DNA from: a virus
Length of the DNA: 64,000 nucleotides
Direction: 5' to 3' (one strand)
IMG/VR virus record: IMGVR_UViG_3300035698_016988
Span: 10,622-74,621 of that record
The notes under the pieces were generated by a model that saw nothing but the letters and a program-made list of their open reading frames with translations, made no database searches and had not been told where the DNA came from. Shown here piece after piece: positions 1 through 10,158 of this stretch. Within the stretch, counting starts at the first letter, position 1; each line of letters begins with the position of its first letter. The position numbers and the translations under genes were made by a program.

Positions 1-3000
1 AGTCTCACCTGCAACAAGATAATCCAATTCACCAAGCTGTGCCCAACCACCTGTTGGTAAGTCTTTACCAATAATGTTTGTGAAGTTTCGCAAATAGAAT
101 TTGTTCGAGAAACTATTTGTAGCAGTTCTAATCCAACGCGAATCATTGATAGGAATAGTGATTACTTGATCTAGTCTTGAATCAACAACCGTTTGATCAG
201 TTGTGAAGGTAACCGTCTGCGGATCAGCTTTGATGTCAGTTTGCAACAAGGCAAATTCTAGTGAAGTTCTAATATCTCTGGCACCATACTCACCAACCTT
301 GAATGCCCACTCTTCGAAGACCTGGAAGTCTTCTTGTGAGTTACGAATAAACGTAGAACGAAGTAATCTATCAAACGATACTTTCGTTCCTTTCTCTTCT
401 AGAAATCCACGGAAGAAGTTGAACTGTGATCTATCATCTAATAGCATTTGCTGCATGTGATCACGGCGCTGGTATCCTACCAAATGCCTTGCATGATTAA
501 ATGCTGCAGAAGATGCGCCAATAGAATAAGGATCATAAAACTTTCTGATATTGTCTGCACGAGTATCATAGTTCGGGATAACAGTCGTTTCTTGAATAAG
601 ATATCCAGGGGCATCAAAGCGACCGTTCCAAAACTTAACTCGGTTTCCAATAGTTCTAAATCTTCTTTGGCGAAGGTTAATTGCTGGATCGTAAATTAGA
701 TCTCCGAACTTAGTTGAGTTATCAAAAATGAAACCGTGATCATATTCAATAACAGTCAATCTTAAGAACGCCAGCGGTTCTGTATTGTCATGTCTAATAT
801 TCACTTGATTGTCTAGTCTAGAAACATTAAATGATTCTGTTCTCATAGGAATCGCTTCGTAGTCAAGCGCAGTCCAGGATCCGTTCGTGTATTGTGTGAT
901 TCTATCAACCAAACCAAATTCAGATTGGAAAGCCGCTTCAGATGAATACGGAGACAAGAACAATACGTCGTCTTCTTCCAATCCACCGTCAGCCCATTTG
1001 ACAAATTCTTTTGCCATACGGCGCCAGTCGTTAATCTCGTTGGTATCTGATAGGTGCTCGTCGAAAATCCAACCCTCGCTTTCTAACCACGCACCGTAAC
1101 CCATAACAATGTTAGTCACGTCTTGAATAGTAGAAATAAGATCATCGTATTCGTAAGTCTTTTCGACTGCATTAAACTTCGAATACAAGGTAGAAGTCAA
1201 TTTACCGAAAGTAAAGTTTGATTTGGTTCCGGATTGGTTAGGAGTGAAATAACCCAGGGTAGGATACAATGGATCATATCCCCGGATTCGATAATTTGTT
1301 CCGTCCCAACGAACAATCAAACCAGAGTAAACCGGTTCTCTTCTTGATGCAGACTTTACCAAAACAGTTTTCACATTTTCGCTTGGCAACAATCCAAAAT
1401 TATCAGAGGTAATTCTAAATCCGTCGATGTTTACAAATGATCCGGCACGGTGACCAAGCTGAACAGTCAAGTCATTAATCTTGTCACCCAAATCAGTTGT
1501 CCTGTTCAACCCTTTGTAAAGCCAGAAATCAGCAACCCATTGCTGTGATCCAATTTCTCTGTTGGTATCAGTATGAATTGTGTCTTCTGCAGAACTTTTT
1601 CGACTTCTTGTATCGTCATAAACAAACTGCGTTTGAACTTGGTTACGGAAATATCTTGAAGTCCCAGCAGTATCCCATGTTTTTTCTAACCACTCACCAG
1701 GTCGGGCAAGGTACGCAGTTGCTGCCTGTGCAAACGGAAATACGTTCGAAATTCGCCAAATCCATTCTACCGGACTAACATCACCGAATTTGAAATTTTC
1801 CTCGGCGAATGCAACTGAAGGTGCTTGCGGAATAATTCCCGCAGCGACTGGATCAAGTATTTCACCAGCTGCATCAACCGGAATAACACTTGAAAGACCG
1901 GGACGAGCAAAACGAATATCAATACCCGCACGAGTACCTTGTGCGATTCTTCCAGCTTCTAGGTCTCGCCACATCGTTGTATTTTCACGAGTATAAGGCG
2001 CAGCGCCGTATTCACTTACCCACCATGACGGTTTCTCACCTAAGCCAAGCATTTCCCAAGGATGAGTATGCGGTCTGTCGGTGTCGAAATAATAACGATA
2101 AATTCCTCTCCAATGACCTGGCATTGTTTCACCAAATCTGTCAGGAGTTCTGCTGTAATTATAAGTGAATAGGTCTGACTGAACATAGAAAGTATTCGGT
2201 TTGTGGTCGACGCCCGTCTGGAAAGCCCAGTTCTCAAACATCGGACGCATAATTTTATTCCACTCTATTCTTGAATAAGCTGATTCTCTGTACTTTCCTG
2301 GAGCAACCTCGAAGTGACTAAATTCAGGGTGGACATTCTTAAAATCAGGTTGGATAGAATCATAAATTCTCTGTTCGAGCTGCAACATCACGTCATCAAG
2401 ATCGCCGCCAATAATCTGTGTCAAAGAACCGTCATGACCTCTTCTCCAACGAACTGATCTGTTGGTAATGGTATCATCAACAAACGTCCCGGGAGCATAA
2501 ACCTGTGCAAATCCTAGGTAAGAAGGAGTAGGTGGAATGTAAAGATCATCGCCGATCATGCCTGAATTCTTGAAAGGGAAAGTCTCATCTTTACCTGCGT
2601 TGATTTGACTGATGATTGCATCAATAAACAAATCATTAGAAGCATAATCCTCAAACAAACCTTGCTGAATCCATTGCTTGGCGATCGACTCTACTTTAGA
2701 ATACCAACGATCATATTCTAGTTCAGTGTACCTAATAGCATTCCGAACATTATACTCTTTGTCTTGGTTCAAGAACATAAGCTTCAACAACGCACCGGAA
2801 TGTTGAATAATCTCCGTGCCTGCAGAGAGGTTTCTTGCGGTAGAGTTGAAATTATTAATTCCGTAAAGTCGACCATCGATTCCTTGCTGGTTCTCGATGA
2901 TACTGATAAAGTGTTCGAACAATTCGTTATAAGAAATGATCGTAACTTTTTCGTTGTTCGGGTTGGCTTGTAAGTTTGTTGGAATACGATAGTATCCGTT

Positions 3001-4815
3001 TCCGTTTAACGGAATTTCTCGGTCTCGGTCAAAAGATCTTGCATCTAAGAAATCGTTGTCTTCTAACGATAAAGTAAGACTAAGTTCGATTTCGTCCCCC
3101 GAAACCAAATAATCAGTACCTTCGTCAAGTAATCGGCCGTTTAAGAAAACACGAAGAGTTTCGTATTGTCCGAATACTTCTGGCTCAGGTGTTTGTGAAA
3201 GTTGATAAGTTCTAGGAAATTCTACAGTTCCGGTTGAAGTTTCCCGCTGCTTAATGGAGAATGTGTCAGAAACACTTTGACGACTAAGCCATCCCGGATT
3301 TCTCCAATCTGTTTCGTAGGTGTCAAACGCCGCAGTAGTTGCGTTAACTCGAAAGAATTTCAAACCTTCAATAGCTGAACGAGTAACTGAGTCTTCGTCA
3401 TAAAAGAAGTCTTCGGTCTGAAGGTTTGCTTCATAAATGATTTCACCAAAAGTATTGAAAGCAAGTCGAAGGCCTAATACATCGTCTACCGGATTTTCAT
3501 CTTCCTGTCTGAAACCAAACAAAAAGCTTCCGTCGAAATCTGAACCAGGATAGATACCTTCGTCGTCCAAAGGAATACCGTCAATATCATAAAGCTCAAA
3601 CAACGGATACTGGTTAATTGAGTCTTTTGATTGCCCAGTAATCCACGCAGTCCCGTCCCAATATAGTCTTTTTCTTGCGTTAGAAACGCCTTGGGTAATT
3701 CGAAGGACTTCGTCCTCTGATGGGGTTCCGTCGACATTTAATCCGTCAACTTCTTTCACTAGAACATAAACACCAATTTCGGCTTGCCCGGTAACTCTAT
3801 AAACGATATTATTTTGTCCTGCTGTTGGTTCTCCAGTAACAAGAATTCTCATTCCGTCGGTTACTAGAACACCATCAACTGATACGGTTGTTTCGCCTTG
3901 AATAGAAGACAACGGACCGTTGTGGATCAAATTTACTGGGTCTCTTGCTAAACGTCCCATGTCTCTGAGTTGAAGATCTGCTTCGAACTGAATGATTGGA
4001 CGGCGAGCCTGAACAGCAATGATGTTAGTCAAGTCGACGTTAGAAATTTGATTTCTATGGAACCAACGGTTACGAACAGACCAAGCGTTGTGGTCATTTG
4101 CTCCTCTTTCCATAACGATATAATCTTGGTCAGTGCTTCCTGAAACTACACCATCAAACTCTGAGTCGTCAAGTAAACGGATAGATCTACCAACGTTCAC
4201 TACCAAGAAATTGACGTTGTTGAATTCTGTGTTATCGTCGTCAAGGAAAAGGACTCGCTGGCCTGACTGTGCCTCTGTGCCGTCAGGGAAAGTATAATTC
4301 ACTTGTCCGATCATGTCAAGCACAACGTTCGTATTCTCGGTAACTTCAATAACCGGAGGGCCTTCTTCTAACCAATAATAGTTTGAGAAGTTGATGAGCA
4401 TGTCTGGGTTGATAGGCGGACACCATGACCAGAATTCTGACTCAAATAATCTAGCGTGGTTCTCGGTAAGTGATCCCTGAACACGCAAGTTATCAACCAA
4501 ATCTTCGTAGAAACGGAAATAATTGATATTCTCTTCTGCGTCTCTAGAAACAGCGATAGGTTCTAACTGATAGTTCTGTCGGGAAGGGGTTGCTTCCGGA
4601 ATATAAAAGTCGTTGGGATTAAATACCGTCGAGCGTCTACCGACGAAACCGCTGATCTCTTCAAGTTCAGATGGTTCAAAGAAATGGTTAGCAACGCCCT
4701 TAAAGAATCTCTTAACATCTTCGTGTCCTTGCAAAAATCCAGGTAATCTTGTTAAGATATCTCTAGCTTCTGGTTTGGTCTCTTCTCTTTTGATCTTAGG
4801 TGAAAAATCTGCCAT
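1..4815 (-). CDS. Giant virion structural (baseplate/tail) protein, 3'-truncated by the window edge (>=1605 aa)
   Basis: ATG at 4815 after AGAAGG (MADFSPKIKREETK...). The same frame is open at the window edge (...LPTGGWAQLGELDYLVAGET at 60-1). It is probably missing from the ORF track because there is no stop in the window; I spot-checked the frame rather than every codon. It follows the gp6-like gene, with GTAAATAG upstream. Confidence 0.8.
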   Translation of the reverse strand, partial: MADFSPKIKREETKPEARDILTRLPGFLQGHEDVKRFFKGVANHFFEPSELEEISGFVGRRSTVFNPNDFYIPEATPSRQNYQLEPIAVSRDAEENINYFRFYEDLVDNLRVQGSLTENHARLFESEFWSWCPPINPDMLINFSNYYWLEEGPPVIEVTENTNVVLDMIGQVNYTFPDGTEAQSGQRVLFLDDDNTEFNNVNFLVVNVGRSIRLLDDSEFDGVVSGSTDQDYIVMERGANDHNAWSVRNRWFHRNQISNVDLTNIIAVQARRPIIQFEADLQLRDMGRLARDPVNLIHNGPLSSIQGETTVSVDGVLVTDGMRILVTGEPTAGQNNIVYRVTGQAEIGVYVLVKEVDGLNVDGTPSEDEVLRITQGVSNARKRLYWDGTAWITGQSKDSINQYPLFELYDIDGIPLDDEGIYPGSDFDGSFLFGFRQEDENPVDDVLGLRLAFNTFGEIIYEANLQTEDFFYDEDSVTRSAIEGLKFFRVNATTAAFDTYETDWRNPGWLSRQSVSDTFSIKQRETSTGTVEFPRTYQLSQTPEPEVFGQYETLRVFLNGRLLDEGTDYLVSGDEIELSLTLSLEDNDFLDARSFDRDREIPLNGNGYYRIPTNLQANPNNEKVTIISYNELFEHFISIIENQQGIDGRLYGINNFNSTARNLSAGTEIIQHSGALLKLMFLNQDKEYNVRNAIRYTELEYDRWYSKVESIAKQWIQQGLFEDYASNDLFIDAIISQINAGKDETFPFKNSGMIGDDLYIPPTPSYLGFAQVYAPGTFVDDTITNRSVRWRRGHDGSLTQIIGGDLDDVMLQLEQRIYDSIQPDFKNVHPEFSHFEVAPGKYRESAYSRIEWNKIMRPMFENWAFQTGVDHKPNTFYVQSDLFTYNYSRTPDRFGETMPGHWRGIYRYYFDTDRPHTHPWEMLGLGEKPSWWVSEYGAAPYTRENTTMWRDLEAGRIAQGTRAGIDIRFARPGLSSVIPVDAAGEILDPVAAGIIPQAPSVAFAEENFKFGDVSPVEWIWRISNVFPFAQAATAYLARPGEWLEKTWDTAGTSRYFRNQVQTQFVYDDTRSRKSSAEDTIHTDTNREIGSQQWVADFWLYKGLNRTTDLGDKINDLTVQLGHRAGSFVNIDGFRITSDNFGLLPSENVKTVLVKSASRREPVYSGLIVRWDGTNYRIRGYDPLYPTLGYFTPNQSGTKSNFTFGKLTSTLYSKFNAVEKTYEYDDLISTIQDVTNIVMGYGAWLESEGWIFDEHLSDTNEINDWRRMAKEFVKWADGGLEEDDVLFLSPYSSEAAFQSEFGLVDRITQYTNGSWTALDYEAIPMRTESFNVSRLDNQVNIRHDNTEPLAFLRLTVIEYDHGFIFDNSTKFGDLIYDPAINLRQRRFRTIGNRVKFWNGRFDAPGYLIQETTVIPNYDTRADNIRKFYDPYSIGASSAAFNHARHLVGYQRRDHMQQMLLDDRSQFNFFRGFLEEKGTKVSFDRLLRSTFIRNSQEDFQVFEEWAFKVGEYGARDIRTSLEFALLQTDIKADPQTVTFTTDQTVVDSRLDQVITIPINDSRWIRTATNSFSNKFYLRNFTNIIGKDLPTGGWAQLGELDYLVAGET

Positions 4816-4883
4816 TAGTTACCTTCTATTGAATTCTGTAACTATTTACCGTTTTAGAATTATGATTTTCTAGAGTCTTTACT

Positions 4884-7800
4884 TTACGATCCGATCTTAG
4901 AGTTAGTTGCTGTCAAGTTATTCACGATATTGACATCAGTTACCTGCGCAGTTGATAAGAACAATTCATTGTGGTCTGCTCTAATTTGGAAAAGGTTACC
5001 AAACTTTGAACTGTCCTGTACCGGAACAATAACCACCTGCGCAACAACCGTTGGATTCTGTTGGTGAATATAAGCAGCAAGCTCTGTGAAGTAGAAACTT
5101 TCACCAAAGTCCCAGTTATCAACATTAAAGAATTCGTTAATCGCGTCAATTACTGACTGCTTAATTTCGTTGTCAGACAATAATGTTCCCGGAACCTTTG
5201 TTACGTTGAATGTCGAACGAACACTATCAGTCGAGCCACTACCAAACAAAATTTTGAATTTTGCCGAATGCCAAATAATGGTATCCGAAGCTGATTTAAA
5301 TTGTTCGAGATCACCGAAAGTAATCGAGAGATCGTTGGTTGTAGGTGGCTCAGGGAACGTAGCAATAGTTGATCCGGTTGTATTTTGCCAAGTAGTAACG
5401 TCTTTATAATACTCTTCAGTCAAAACGTAGATGTCCATGATGTTTGACGGAGAAGGATCGATACGTGTTCTTTGATCTGCGAAATGCTTCCACTGGAAAA
5501 TCAAACTGTCTCGTCCTTCTCTCCAGTAGTAATCATCAGCTTCTGGATCAATCAAACTTGATCCGGCCCATTCTTTAAACGAGTCTTCGTCGATTGAATA
5601 GAACACGTCTCCGGTAACTGAATCAGTTGTTACGATGTCAGCTTCTTCTTGAACAATAGTGAAAGTAAAGTCATCCTCATCAATCATTGGACGATAATAT
5701 TCATACCCTTCTGTGCTGATATCTTTTCTCCAAAATACATAGCGGTTATCTGCAACAGTCGGACTCACAACAGGATCAACAATTTCTTCATACTGCTTCG
5801 GATTATCCGGAACACCATCAGCATCTGTATCTACCAATGCTAACCTTACTCTTCTTGGTTCGACATATCCGTCGGCATAAGTGATAGGCTCGGATAGGAA
5901 CCATTTATATTCTTGTCCTAGGATAGCAGTTCCGTCTGCGGTCTCGTTAATTCGAAGTAACTTAATAAAGTCTCGAATAGCAATACCGGTTTCTAAATCA
6001 TTTACTCTTCGGTTATTTGTAAAGTAGAATCTAATGTCTTCAAGTGATTCCCAAACGTATTCCAAATATCTAACAGTGAATGTCCATTTGTCAGACGAAT
6101 ACTCTGCCAAGATTAACCAAGAAGCATCTGCGTTTGTTTCACCAGTATCACCAGCGGCTGCTTCACTCCAAGGATCATCAAGGTTGATATTGTTCTCTAG
6201 AATTAAGAACCAAGAATCCAATGACTGATTATAACGAAGAGCAAAGGTATTTAGATTATCCATCTCTTCAGTAATTGTTTCGAGTTCACTGGTTGAGAAA
6301 GTTCTTCTAAAACTGGTGTAGAAAATATCAACGTACCAACCATCAGTGACCGATTCGTTCAAAATAACCGGGCCAGAACCTGATGCAAGATCAGTAATTC
6401 CAGTTCCAGAAACAGATTCAATCTTTGCCCACTTTTCTTCGTATCCAGGATCACCCGGTAAGCCGCTTGCAGTGTTAACAAACCTTAGCAACGCTCCTTC
6501 TCGGACATAAACCGCATTACCGGTTCCGGTATCTCCAATAATCACAGGAGAATCCGCAGATTCTGAATCAACAAATTTACCAGTCGATGAGAACGTCGCA
6601 CTTGTTGCTTGTTCCCACTTAACTCTAGTCGCCCCAATTACCCAAGAATAAGAATCAAAGTTCTTATAGAAAAAGTTAGCAAAGTCTGTATCATCAAGTA
6701 ACGGAACAACCTTTGAGCTTACAATTTCTTCATAAGATTTTGTGGTCGGGAGCAGTTCTTCATCGTTTACCGTGTAGGTGTTACGATACAAAATTCCATC
6801 TTCACTGAATACGTTCGTGTTCTGCGTTGAACCGGTCGGATCATTCAAATCGATATAGCGAGAATGACCTGCGAATGTTCTGTTAATTGCTTTGGTTTTA
6901 CGCAACAAGTTTCCAGAAAGCAATGGGAAAATTTGATAATCTTCACCGTTAACCATTCTGTTCTGAGTGTAATACTGCTGCGGCGCTCTTCTTCTAATCT
7001 GTTCAGTAGTTTCTCTTGGTGTGCTGTTGGTTACAGGATACTGCAAAGAGAAACGCACAGTCAAGTTGAATTGTTCGTCGGTTGTTCCAGTGTTTCGGTT
7101 ATAAGGAATTGAAATTTGGATATCACGAATGTCTTTAGAATTGATTTGATAAGTCAAACCATTCGAGGTTCTGTGCCAAACTCTGAACACACCGAAAGGA
7201 ACGTCACCGAATCTACCATCTGGCCAGCGGATAGAAACTTGATCTTCGTCTCTGGTCTGTACCTGGAAAATATTTCTTACGTTCTTACCTAACGAATTAT
7301 AATAGATATTTTCAGTGTTGTCAACTTTTGTCCACTTCTGACGAATAGACCCGGTTGTTTCATTAATTTCTTGTGCCCAAATATCATTTTCGTTGATATT
7401 ATCAATATTGATTCGAGTTACTCTGTTCTCAATTGGTTGGTCATAATTGTAATCAGAGGTGCTTAATGACCCCTGCTTGAAATAAACAAAATAACCGGTG
7501 TCAGTTGATCCGTTACCGGTACCGTCATTTCGATATAAAAAGTAGAATGGGTTTTCTGGATTAGGTTCTCTTTCAGAAAATGTTCCTTCATCAACAAAGT
7601 CAGGGTTGACTACTTCAAAGTCTACTCTTGATCCATTCACGTTTGATGTGAACGGATAAACCACGTTTCTAAAATTGACCGAGTTAGATTGATAAAGATA
7701 AGTAAGAATTGAATTGACTGTTCCTACCTTAACCGGGGTACCGACTGGGTTAGATGTGGACAACGAAGAATTCAGTACTGCATTCCACTGTTCTAACCAA

Positions 7801-8255
7801 TCCTCATTTGTTTCGTCGTTCCAACGAATTGCAACACCTTGAAGACTGTTTCCGTTTGAATCTCGTACATCTTGGTTGGTTTGAATCTCTGTAATTTTTG
7901 CTAATCCATTAGCAGGTAAGTTTCTGCTAGGATTATATGCAACCATTTCCGCAAGGCGAAGAATAGAATCACGACGCTCACTTGTATCAATAAAGTTATC
8001 ACGAGTATTCAAATCTGTTTTGTATGCCAGGTTCTGACCGAGGTAAGCGATCAAATCCATGATCATAACAAATTCAGAGTTTTCAATCCAGTCGTCGAAG
8101 TCTTCAGGGAAATTTATTCTTAGGTATTCGACCATCACCTCACGGTAAGTGTCAAAATCCGAAGCCTGGAAGTTAACCGTATTGAACGCTTCGTAAATCT
8201 TTTCCCAGTCACTACCTAAGAGTAGATTTGTCTGACGGATTGGTTGGTTACTCAT
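4884..8255 (-). CDS. gp6: Baseplate wedge subunit, T4 gp6-like (extended)
   Basis: N-terminal DFDTYRE...MDLIAY...ERRDSILRLAEMVAYNP, then WPDGRFGDVP and QNRMVNGEDY motifs typical of gp6. Confidence 0.85.
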   Translation of the reverse strand: MSNQPIRQTNLLLGSDWEKIYEAFNTVNFQASDFDTYREVMVEYLRINFPEDFDDWIENSEFVMIMDLIAYLGQNLAYKTDLNTRDNFIDTSERRDSILRLAEMVAYNPSRNLPANGLAKITEIQTNQDVRDSNGNSLQGVAIRWNDETNEDWLEQWNAVLNSSLSTSNPVGTPVKVGTVNSILTYLYQSNSVNFRNVVYPFTSNVNGSRVDFEVVNPDFVDEGTFSEREPNPENPFYFLYRNDGTGNGSTDTGYFVYFKQGSLSTSDYNYDQPIENRVTRINIDNINENDIWAQEINETTGSIRQKWTKVDNTENIYYNSLGKNVRNIFQVQTRDEDQVSIRWPDGRFGDVPFGVFRVWHRTSNGLTYQINSKDIRDIQISIPYNRNTGTTDEQFNLTVRFSLQYPVTNSTPRETTEQIRRRAPQQYYTQNRMVNGEDYQIFPLLSGNLLRKTKAINRTFAGHSRYIDLNDPTGSTQNTNVFSEDGILYRNTYTVNDEELLPTTKSYEEIVSSKVVPLLDDTDFANFFYKNFDSYSWVIGATRVKWEQATSATFSSTGKFVDSESADSPVIIGDTGTGNAVYVREGALLRFVNTASGLPGDPGYEEKWAKIESVSGTGITDLASGSGPVILNESVTDGWYVDIFYTSFRRTFSTSELETITEEMDNLNTFALRYNQSLDSWFLILENNINLDDPWSEAAAGDTGETNADASWLILAEYSSDKWTFTVRYLEYVWESLEDIRFYFTNNRRVNDLETGIAIRDFIKLLRINETADGTAILGQEYKWFLSEPITYADGYVEPRRVRLALVDTDADGVPDNPKQYEEIVDPVVSPTVADNRYVFWRKDISTEGYEYYRPMIDEDDFTFTIVQEEADIVTTDSVTGDVFYSIDEDSFKEWAGSSLIDPEADDYYWREGRDSLIFQWKHFADQRTRIDPSPSNIMDIYVLTEEYYKDVTTWQNTTGSTIATFPEPPTTNDLSITFGDLEQFKSASDTIIWHSAKFKILFGSGSTDSVRSTFNVTKVPGTLLSDNEIKQSVIDAINEFFNVDNWDFGESFYFTELAAYIHQQNPTVVAQVVIVPVQDSSKFGNLFQIRADHNELFLSTAQVTDVNIVNNLTATNSKIGS

Positions 8256-8257
8256 CC

Positions 8258-8641
8258 TTAAACCTCATTAAAATTTCTTCTGTCGAATTCTATCTGCATA
8301 AGGATAGGAGGGTTTCGACCTAAATAATTGATTAGAACTTCCACATTATATCCGTGCTCTAAAACTTCTACGGTTATTTCTTGTAAAGACACGCGTTGAT
8401 CTGAATTAATAATTCTACGAACATCATCTTCGATAATATTCTGAGATCTATCGTTTCTCGTTTCAAACAGCATGTCCGGAATGACTGAGCCATAATTAGG
8501 AGCCCAATCTAGTTCACCTTGTCTTGTATAGAAATGATTAAGCAAGTCTTGTTGAACCAATTCGATATCATACAAGCGTTCAGATTCTCCGTTACGAGTA
8601 CTGCATCCTGCGAAGTCCCATGGCTGTTCAAGTTCTGGCAT
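8258..8641 (-). CDS. gp25: Baseplate wedge protein gp25-like
   Basis: DIELVQQDLLNHFYTRQGELDWAPNYGS...DQRV pattern of the GPW/gp25 family. Confidence 0.85.
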   Translation of the reverse strand: MPELEQPWDFAGCSTRNGESERLYDIELVQQDLLNHFYTRQGELDWAPNYGSVIPDMLFETRNDRSQNIIEDDVRRIINSDQRVSLQEITVEVLEHGYNVEVLINYLGRNPPILMQIEFDRRNFNEV

Positions 8642-8688
8642 AATCTTCTCCCATTTTTATTATTTATTCATAATCAAACGAATATTTC

Positions 8689-10158
8689 TTAGCGTTCAAT
8701 ACGAGTGATAGGGAGCTGGGTAGGGAATTCGTATCCACGACCAACAAACGGTTCATGTGTTGGAACTCTTTGAGAAATTGTTTCGATCACATTATCTTCA
8801 ACCACAGTATTTGCTTGTCCGAATATAGGAGTAGAGATTCTTCTCTTGATATTAACGCCCGAGTTAACTACCGGAGCAGTAGCTGAGTCTGCAGAGTTTG
8901 CTGGATCAGCAACAGGACCGTTAAAGAAAATATATCGTCCCGAAGCAACCATATCAGCACCAGATCGCAGGTTTAATCCACTTGCTGAGGCTGCGTTCAA
9001 TACTCCTCCGGAATTAAGATGCAAACCTCCGCCAGACTGTTGAACCATTTCGGCGTTTGTTGCTTGATGCAAGTTACCGGTAACGGTAACAGTCATAGCA
9101 CCACCAACAACCAGATCGTAATCACCAGCTGATTCCGTTTTGATATTTCCAGCTGCGGCTTTTAGATTCACATTATTTCCAGCTTCTAGGTTAATGTCGT
9201 TGTCTGCTCTAAAGTTGATATCTTGTTCCGTATGCACGTTGAATGAACCGGTACCATAAAGGTCAATATTGCCGTCATTGTTTAGTTCAATCCACGATTC
9301 ACCGTCTCGGGTAATCATGTAAATGTGCCCGTAGGTCTCCGATATCAATAACTGTGCACCGGAACGGGTACGGAATCTAATCAATTCATCGTTACGTTCA
9401 CCGGTTGTTGATGAGTTCCTGTTCGCAGGATTTAAAGCAGGAGCACGATGGTCTTTTCTATTAGCAACAGATTTTCTATTTTCTTCAAGTAACCAAGATC
9501 TTAACGAATCAGGTAGTTCGTCAGTTTTCCAACCATCGTCAATTACGATTTGATGTCCTCTTGGTGTTAAAATTCCTTGAGATCTACTTGGCGCTTCTCT
9601 TCTGGCAGACGACGTAGTTTGTCCTCGAACATAATCAGCGGCGAGGCCTTGATTCAATAAACCGTTAACCATGGGATCATGTGAAGGTCGCGTTCTATCC
9701 TCTGCAGTTAATACTCTGTTATATTCTGCTGCTGGTAATTTAGAATCAGAACCAAAAGTTGACTCGGAAGGGATGCCCGGAACCATATTGTTCATGAATG
9801 CTTCCGGAACTGAAGCAAACCAGAACGCATCGTGGTGACCGATAAAACAAATTAAAACTTCGTTGCCAAGGTCAGGTGGCACAAACCACATTCCGTACGA
9901 TTTCTTGGTACTCTCGAATGATTTTTGGTCGCCCGGGTTATCCGGCGTGGTTCCCCAGAAAGGAGGGGCGTACCTAACAGTTACCCATTTTTCATAATCT
10001 TCTTCATCGAATTGTGATTGCTTAATCCAAACTCTTAGTCTTCCGTTTCTATCCGGATCTCGGTTGTCTTTAATCTTGGCAGTATAGATTCTACCAATGT
10101 CATAATGCATTTTTTCATCTTTGGCCCGATCACCAATTGATCCTCTTCCATATGACAT
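8689..10158 (-). CDS. gp5: Baseplate hub/central spike, gp5/VgrG-like (OB fold plus beta-helix, no lysozyme domain)
   Basis: DNRDPDRNGRLRVWI, YGMWFVPPDLGNEVLICF, TPRGHQIVIDD and C-terminal beta-helix repeats. Confidence 0.8.
   Translation of the reverse strand: MSYGRGSIGDRAKDEKMHYDIGRIYTAKIKDNRDPDRNGRLRVWIKQSQFDEEDYEKWVTVRYAPPFWGTTPDNPGDQKSFESTKKSYGMWFVPPDLGNEVLICFIGHHDAFWFASVPEAFMNNMVPGIPSESTFGSDSKLPAAEYNRVLTAEDRTRPSHDPMVNGLLNQGLAADYVRGQTTSSARREAPSRSQGILTPRGHQIVIDDGWKTDELPDSLRSWLLEENRKSVANRKDHRAPALNPANRNSSTTGERNDELIRFRTRSGAQLLISETYGHIYMITRDGESWIELNNDGNIDLYGTGSFNVHTEQDINFRADNDINLEAGNNVNLKAAAGNIKTESAGDYDLVVGGAMTVTVTGNLHQATNAEMVQQSGGGLHLNSGGVLNAASASGLNLRSGADMVASGRYIFFNGPVADPANSADSATAPVVNSGVNIKRRISTPIFGQANTVVEDNVIETISQRVPTHEPFVGRGYEFPTQLPITRIER

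Noticed and set aside
203-4873. Short plus-strand ORFs in the track
   Set aside because: Antisense shadows of the giant minus-strand gene; most other nested short ORFs were dismissed for the same reason.
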